In this document: positions 58,949 through 64,000 of the stretch, in pieces | How the letters are laid out: each line of letters opens with the position of its first letter | How positions within the stretch are numbered: the first letter of the stretch is position 1 | Assembly: GCA_943348755.1 (NCBI GenBank) | Contig: CALQYS010000001.1 | Span: 69,963 to 133,962 of the forward strand | DNA: 64,000 nucleotides | DNA from: Candidatus Nomurabacteria bacterium | Lineage (GTDB): Bacteria > Patescibacteriota > Minisyncoccia > Phycocordibacterales > UBA9973 | Reading direction: 5' to 3' | Translations under genes and position numbers: made by a program | Notes under the pieces: generated by a model | What the model was told of the DNA's origin: nothing | Seen by the model: only the letters and a program-made list of their open reading frames with translations | The model's database searches: none

Positions 58949-60412
58949 ATGTCTATACCAAATGTCGATATTTTAACCCAGGGAGCTACCAGGAAAGACA
59001 AAGAGCTTATAGAAAAAGCTTATAATTTTGCTGAACGTGCGCATGAAGGGCAAAAAAGAGAGAGTGGTGATCCACATTTTTATCACGTTTTCGAAACAGC
59101 AAAGATACTAACTTCACTTAAAATGGATGCTAAGACTGTCGCTGGCGGTCTTCTACACGATGTTTTAGAGGATACTTCAATAACTGAAAAGGAGCTTGAA
59201 AAAGAATTTGGCCCCGAAGTGCTTTTCTTAGTAAACGGGGTGACTAATTTGGGAACTTTAAAATACATAGGACACCAGAGACATGTAGAGAGTTTAAGAA
59301 AATTCTTTGTCGCGATGTCTAATGACCTACGTGTGGTCATAATTAAATTTGCCGATCGATTACACAATCTGCAAACACTGCAGTTTTTACGAGAAGATAA
59401 AAGGAAAAGGATCGCGATAGAATCCATCGAGGTTTATGCACCGCTTGCCAACAGGCTTGGTATGTGGAAACTAAAAAGCGAGATAGAAGAGGCTGCCTTT
59501 CCTTTTGCTTTTCCAAAAGAGTGTGCACAAATGGAAGAGATAGTGAAAGAAAAAAAGGATTCATATGAGAAAAACCTCTCCAAAGTAAAAAGGGAACTTG
59601 AAAAAGAATTTGCAAAAAATAAGAATAAAGTAATAGAAATAAACTATCGAGTAAAAAATAATTACAGTTTATGGAGAAAACTCGTTAAACGTGAAATGGA
59701 TATTGAAAAAGTGTACGACGTGGTGGCGTTGCGTATTATTGTAGAAAATGTTGAGGAATGTTATAGAGTTCTGGGCCTTATTCATTCTCTATGGAAACCT
59801 TTGCCCGGTAGAATTAAAGATTATATTGCAATCCCGAAACCCAATGGATATCGTTCCATTCACACTACCATCTTTACTGGTGGCGGGGGAATTGCAGAAA
59901 TTCAAATAAAAACCAGGGAAATGCACGCAGAATCGCTAAATGGTATAGCGGCTCATTTTGCTTATAAAGAGCAAAGCGGTAAAAGGAATTACGATGAAAA
60001 ATTAAAATTCAAATGGCTAGAAGAGTTAAAAGGTTTGAATTATAGTTCTAATGAATCAAGAAAATTTTTAGAAAATCTAAAAATGGACTTTTTTAATGAT
60101 CGCATTTTTATTTTTACCCCAGAGGGAGATATCGTAGATTTACCAGAAGATTCGACTCCAATAGATTTTGCCTACGCTATTCACTCAGACGTTGGAGATC
60201 ACATATTTGGCGTAAAAATAAACGGTAAAATGTCTAAAATTTTCTCAAAACTGAAAAATAGAGACATTGTGGAAATAATAAAAAAGCCTGATGCCCACCC
60301 GTCTTCGAAGTGGTTAGACTATGCGAAAACGACCATTGCCAGAAAGAATATAAGGTCATATTTGGAACAAAATAGTCTATATGGAAAGCTGAGGTCTTTT
60401 GGTAAATCCTAA
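58949..60412 (+). CDS. RelA/SpoT-homolog (HD hydrolase + synthetase + TGS; C-terminal regulatory domains absent)
   Basis: HD motif (HDVLEDT), synthetase motif (RIKDYIAIPKPNGYRSIHTTI), TGS-like segment; 487 aa versus about 730 for long RSHs. Confidence 0.85.
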   Translation: MSIPNVDILTQGATRKDKELIEKAYNFAERAHEGQKRESGDPHFYHVFETAKILTSLKMDAKTVAGGLLHDVLEDTSITEKELEKEFGPEVLFLVNGVTNLGTLKYIGHQRHVESLRKFFVAMSNDLRVVIIKFADRLHNLQTLQFLREDKRKRIAIESIEVYAPLANRLGMWKLKSEIEEAAFPFAFPKECAQMEEIVKEKKDSYEKNLSKVKRELEKEFAKNKNKVIEINYRVKNNYSLWRKLVKREMDIEKVYDVVALRIIVENVEECYRVLGLIHSLWKPLPGRIKDYIAIPKPNGYRSIHTTIFTGGGGIAEIQIKTREMHAESLNGIAAHFAYKEQSGKRNYDEKLKFKWLEELKGLNYSSNESRKFLENLKMDFFNDRIFIFTPEGDIVDLPEDSTPIDFAYAIHSDVGDHIFGVKINGKMSKIFSKLKNRDIVEIIKKPDAHPSSKWLDYAKTTIARKNIRSYLEQNSLYGKLRSFGKS

Positions 60413-60418
60413 TAGGAT

Positions 60419-61420
60419 TTATACACTAAAATTAGAAATATTGTACAGATCGCTGTCGTCTTTTTGAATTTCGTCTTTAGTTCTGTCGTCTAGTGGAGTC
60501 ACCCCAGAAATATCCTCCGTTTGAACAGACATATTGGCAATATGGTTCTCTAGCATTTCTGCTTGCGCGGGTAAACCGTTTGATTTTTTATCCATGTCTG
60601 ATTTTTGTATAGAATTTAAAATAGTTCTTAAATCCTCTGTAGAGAAATAGTCTATTTTAATTTGTCCTCCTAATTCTTTCCTGTCTATGTGTACCCGGGT
60701 GCCAAGTTTCTCCTGGAATTCTTCTTCCAGTTCGGTTATTTCTGGATCTGGCATAAATTCTTTCTTGCGTACACGGTCATAAGCTATTTTTCTGGCAAGC
60801 CGTTCTGCCTCGCGTACCGTTATTTTTTTGTAAACTATTTCCTTAAATAACACTAATTGTTCTTCTGGATGATCAGCTAGCATTAATATGGGTCTTGTAT
60901 GTCCTTCTGTGATCTTGCCTTCAGATAGACCATTTAAGATTTCTTCTGGAAGAGTTAGAATACGCAAAGAATTAGAAACGTATTCCCTACTACGACCCAT
61001 TTTCTTAGCAATTTCACTATGAGTGAATTTAAATTCATTTGCCAACCGAAAAAAGGCTCGAGCGCGATCAACTGCATTTAAATCCTCTCGTTGTAAGTTT
61101 TCTATAATAGCTAACTCAAGCTTCATAATGGCGGTATCGCCGGTGCGAATAATTACGGGTACTTGCGAAACATGCGCCATGATGGCAGCACGCAACCTAC
61201 GTTCACCAGCGATAAGCTCATATTCGGTAACCAGTCCACCACCCTCTTTTTCTACTTCTAAACGAGAAACTGTTAATGGTTGAAGTACTCCGTATTGTTT
61301 TATCGAATCTGCGAGATCTTGAAGACGCGACATCTCAAAGTCCCTCCTCGGTTGATAAGGATTTGGTTTTATTTTATTTGTGTCAACCCAGAAAATTGAA
61401 TTTGAATATATATTAGACAT
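60419..61420 (-). CDS. parB: ParB/Spo0J-family partition protein
   Basis: IKPNPYQPRRDF, GVLQPLTV and LIAGERRLRAA ParB box motifs. Confidence 0.85.
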   Translation of the reverse strand: MSNIYSNSIFWVDTNKIKPNPYQPRRDFEMSRLQDLADSIKQYGVLQPLTVSRLEVEKEGGGLVTEYELIAGERRLRAAIMAHVSQVPVIIRTGDTAIMKLELAIIENLQREDLNAVDRARAFFRLANEFKFTHSEIAKKMGRSREYVSNSLRILTLPEEILNGLSEGKITEGHTRPILMLADHPEEQLVLFKEIVYKKITVREAERLARKIAYDRVRKKEFMPDPEITELEEEFQEKLGTRVHIDRKELGGQIKIDYFSTEDLRTILNSIQKSDMDKKSNGLPAQAEMLENHIANMSVQTEDISGVTPLDDRTKDEIQKDDSDLYNISNFSV

Positions 61421-61454
61421 GCTTTATTTTAGCATATTTTAATTTTTTAAAAAA

Positions 61455-61483
61455 TTGATTCCATAGACTTTTTAGTGTAAAAT
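61455..61483 (+). promoter_or_regulatory. Sigma70-like promoter TTGATT-17-TAAAAT for tRNA-Leu
   Basis: About 34-nt leader before the mature tRNA 5' end. Confidence 0.4.
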
Positions 61484-61523
61484 CTGTGGATTGCTGTTAA
61501 CGCAATGCAAAGCAGTTTGTTTT

Positions 61524-61610
61524 GCCCAGGTGGCGGAATTGGTAGACGCGATAGACTCAAAATCTATTGATGGCAACATCATGAGAGTTCGATTCTCTCC
61601 CTGGGCACCA
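61524..61610 (+). tRNA. tRNA-Leu (anticodon CAA), CCA encoded
   Basis: 87 nt; acceptor GCCCAGG/CCTGGGC; long variable arm; anticodon loop cuCAAaa; T-arm GGTTCGATTCTCTCC... then ACCA. Confidence 0.9.
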
Positions 61611-61641
61611 GGATCAGCAAGTTAAAAAGTAATTTATTCTT

Positions 61642-62904
61642 ATGAAAAAAAAGAAAATTATTACTCTATCGGATTATTTCCCACAAGGCACAGAATATTT
61701 CTATTCATATCCCGTAGGAGATAGCATCTATCATTTTTTCAAACCAGAGGATCCCGTTGCTGAAGAGATGATTTCAGCCAGACTTTTGACTTGTGCAGGA
61801 GAAGGTATGAAGGTCATAGTATATAAAAGTATATTAAGATATAAATCCTTAGAACTCTTACGGAAAAATTCCGATATCCCTTTTATACCAAAGAAACAGA
61901 TAATAGTTTTACCGCCGACTATCAATGAAAAAACCTTAGATTCTAAAAAGAATAAGCTTGTCACAGATGCTCTACTTAAACAAACTTCCCACCGTAACTT
62001 AGTTGTGGCTCAGCCCATAATGGACGAACGCCTTTTGGATGAATATCAGATTGACCCAAAATTGAGCATTTGGCTTAATGATAAGATATACCTTGATCAA
62101 TACGTTGACTCTGAATTTTTACCACAAAGATATGCCCAATTTAGGAACGGACAAGACTTTTTCCACTCAACTGAGAAAATACCTGTTCCTTGCGTGGTAA
62201 AGGTGTCTGCTTCCAGTTCTGGTCAGGGTACAAGAATATGCTTGAACTCAATTGACCTCAAGAAAGCGAAAAAAGATTTCAAAAAGAGAGTAGGAACTTT
62301 GTTTATCGAAGAATACATTTCTTATATTCATAATTTTGGTTTTCAGTTTGGCATACCTTTCGACAAGAAAAAAGCTCCTCATATTATTGGTTATAACCAC
62401 CAAGTCACTGCTGCAGATGGGGAATTCCTCGGTGGGTTTATTTTTAAGAAAGAAAAACACAAAGAAACAAAGACCATAAAAAAGTTTATCACCAAAGAAA
62501 TTTTACCAAAAATTCAGAAAATGGGTTGGCATGGGGTGGGTGGCTTTGATGTATTGCTCAAATCTAATGGAAAATTCTATATTATAGATAGCAACTTCCG
62601 TACTACTGGTATGACCGCATATATTTTTCTTTCCAGAAATAAACTAATTTCAAAATCACTTGTTAGTTTTACCGCGACATTTCGTGGCACTCGGGAAGAA
62701 TTTGTAGAGAAAGTGCTATCTCTGAATAAGGGCGAAGACAAGATACTTACCATAGTATCTCTGTCTAAAAAAGGAAATGAGTACCGTTTTAATGGCGCTC
62801 TTTTGTTTGATAAAAAGGAAGAAACACCTCAATTAGCCTCTATACTTATAGGAAGAGGTATCAAATCAGAAGTTTTACAAATGCTAAGATTCTGGGAGTG
62901 TTAG
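61642..62904 (+). CDS. ATP-grasp domain protein (orphan ligase)
   Basis: VVKVSASSSGQGTRIC and GVGGFDVLLKSNGKFYIIDSNFRTTGMT fit ATP-grasp B-loop and C-terminal (E/D-x-N) motifs. N-terminus is unlike PurK, Ddl or RimK. Confidence 0.6.
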   Translation: MKKKKIITLSDYFPQGTEYFYSYPVGDSIYHFFKPEDPVAEEMISARLLTCAGEGMKVIVYKSILRYKSLELLRKNSDIPFIPKKQIIVLPPTINEKTLDSKKNKLVTDALLKQTSHRNLVVAQPIMDERLLDEYQIDPKLSIWLNDKIYLDQYVDSEFLPQRYAQFRNGQDFFHSTEKIPVPCVVKVSASSSGQGTRICLNSIDLKKAKKDFKKRVGTLFIEEYISYIHNFGFQFGIPFDKKKAPHIIGYNHQVTAADGEFLGGFIFKKEKHKETKTIKKFITKEILPKIQKMGWHGVGGFDVLLKSNGKFYIIDSNFRTTGMTAYIFLSRNKLISKSLVSFTATFRGTREEFVEKVLSLNKGEDKILTIVSLSKKGNEYRFNGALLFDKKEETPQLASILIGRGIKSEVLQMLRFWEC

Positions 62905-62967
62905 ACTATTTTTTACCATAAGTTATCCACACTTGCAATATATCATATATGAGATATACTTGTCAGT

Positions 62968-64000
62968 ATGAAAGAATCAGATCAAAGTGAGCAGGGGAAA
63001 ATAGGATATTTTATCAAAGAACTTCGAGAGCATCGTGGCATGACCCAGGAAGAGTTCGCTCAGGCACTCAATACTTCTCAAAGTTCAATTCCCCGTATAG
63101 AAAAGGGCGAACAAAACTTAACCACAGAGCTCTTGTCTAAAATTGGTAAGGTTTTGAACCATAAAATAGTTTCTATAAATGATTCGATTGATTTTGAAGT
63201 AAATGGGGGTAAGAAATTAAGTGGAACCATCAAGACTAATTTCTCCAAAAATGGTTCAGTGGGTCTTCTTTGTGCTTCCCTCTTAAACAGCGGTACGACT
63301 ACTCTCCACGGCATAGCGCGGATCGAAGAAGTAAATAGAGTGATCGAAATCCTAGAAAGTATTGGTGTGACAGTCAAATGGATCGATCAAAATTCTGTTA
63401 AAATTACACCACCGAAAGAATTTGATTTAAGTAAGATAAATGTAGAATCAGCGATAAAAACCCGTTCAATCGTAATGCTCATCGGGCCCCTTATACATAA
63501 GTTGTCACATTTTTCTATTCCTCATGCATATGGATGCAATTTAGGCAAAAGGACTATTTCTGCTCATTTATATTCTCTCGAAGAACTTGGTATAAAGATA
63601 AAAACAACCAGCAGGAGTTATGATGTAAGCGCTAAGAAATTAAAGGGTGGGAAAGATATCATAATGTATGAAACTGGCGAAACAGCTTGTGAGAATATTC
63701 TATTTGCTGCAGCCCTAATCAAAGGACCCACTACCGTAAGTTTCATGAGTAATAACTACATGGTTCAAGAAATTTGTTTCTTTTTAGAAAAACTAGGGGT
63801 AAGGATTGACGGTATCGGAACTTCGACTCTTACTATTCATGGGGTGGATAAAATAAATACGAATATTGAATATTCAAATAGTGAAGATCCAATAGAATCA
63901 ATGATGTTCATATCTGCTGGAGTAGTTACTGACTCAAATATTACCATCACTCGCTCACCAATCGACTTTCTTTCTCTCGAGCTTGAAAAAATGAAAAGGA
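62968..64000 (+). CDS. murA: XRE-family HTH domain fused to UDP-GlcNAc 1-carboxyvinyltransferase (MurA), 3'-partial
   Basis: N-terminal about 60 aa IKELREHRGMTQEEFAQALNTSQSSIPRIEKGEQNLTTELLSKIG (HTH_3). Continues in frame with no stop or ATG into KLSGTIKTNFSKNGSVGLLCASLL... (MurA N-terminus). Open to the window end. Confidence 0.7.
   Translation, partial: MKESDQSEQGKIGYFIKELREHRGMTQEEFAQALNTSQSSIPRIEKGEQNLTTELLSKIGKVLNHKIVSINDSIDFEVNGGKKLSGTIKTNFSKNGSVGLLCASLLNSGTTTLHGIARIEEVNRVIEILESIGVTVKWIDQNSVKITPPKEFDLSKINVESAIKTRSIVMLIGPLIHKLSHFSIPHAYGCNLGKRTISAHLYSLEELGIKIKTTSRSYDVSAKKLKGGKDIIMYETGETACENILFAAALIKGPTTVSFMSNNYMVQEICFFLEKLGVRIDGIGTSTLTIHGVDKINTNIEYSNSEDPIESMMFISAGVVTDSNITITRSPIDFLSLELEKMKR

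Noticed and set aside
63078-63377. 99-aa minus-strand ORF
   Set aside because: Antisense to the clearly conserved HTH-MurA reading frame.

Overview
Inference from low GC (about 37-40%), tight gene packing with 1-4 nt stop/start overlaps, short proteins (345-aa DnaX, 487-aa RelA/SpoT) and near-absent Shine-Dalgarno sequences: this is a streamlined bacterial genome, probably a CPR/Patescibacteria-like organism. Most of the window is housekeeping. It holds (i) a cell-envelope/division set (M15 carboxypeptidase, mraY, ftsW, murG, M23 peptidase, ctpA, PBP2/mrdA, FtsQ-like, and an HTH-MurA fusion at the right edge). It holds (ii) translation and information genes (gltX, serS, rpmA, rplI, dnaX, dus, topA, dprA, parB, scpAB, tRNA-Gln, tRNA-Leu). 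It holds (iii) an almost complete de novo purine pathway in about 27 kb (purB-C-M-E, purH, guaA, guaB, purA, purD, purN, purF, purQ, a PurS-PurS-PurL fusion), preceded by glmS-tdh-GNAT-kbl. No purK is present in the window. Standouts: (1) a three-member paralogous family of about 560-aa cysteine-rich proteins with zinc ribbons at both termini. Two copies sit in tandem between purL and purQ and are translationally coupled to purL; the third is coupled to scpB. (2) A roughly 1.6-kb compositionally foreign block between purH and purE. It contains a 62%-GC gene for a 222-aa unknown protein and a self-contained three-gene micro-operon of 32-57-aa hydrophobic peptides. Each unit has a near-consensus sigma70 promoter and an intrinsic terminator, and the two terminators share an identical 14-nt U-tract/direct repeat. 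(3) A TIGR02391-like protein translationally coupled to aminopeptidase N. (4) A kinase-like unknown embedded between purN and purD. (5) An HTH_XRE-MurA fusion. (6) Several near-consensus promoters placed for leaderless or very short-leader mRNAs. No CRISPR arrays, rRNAs or recognisable transposases were found.
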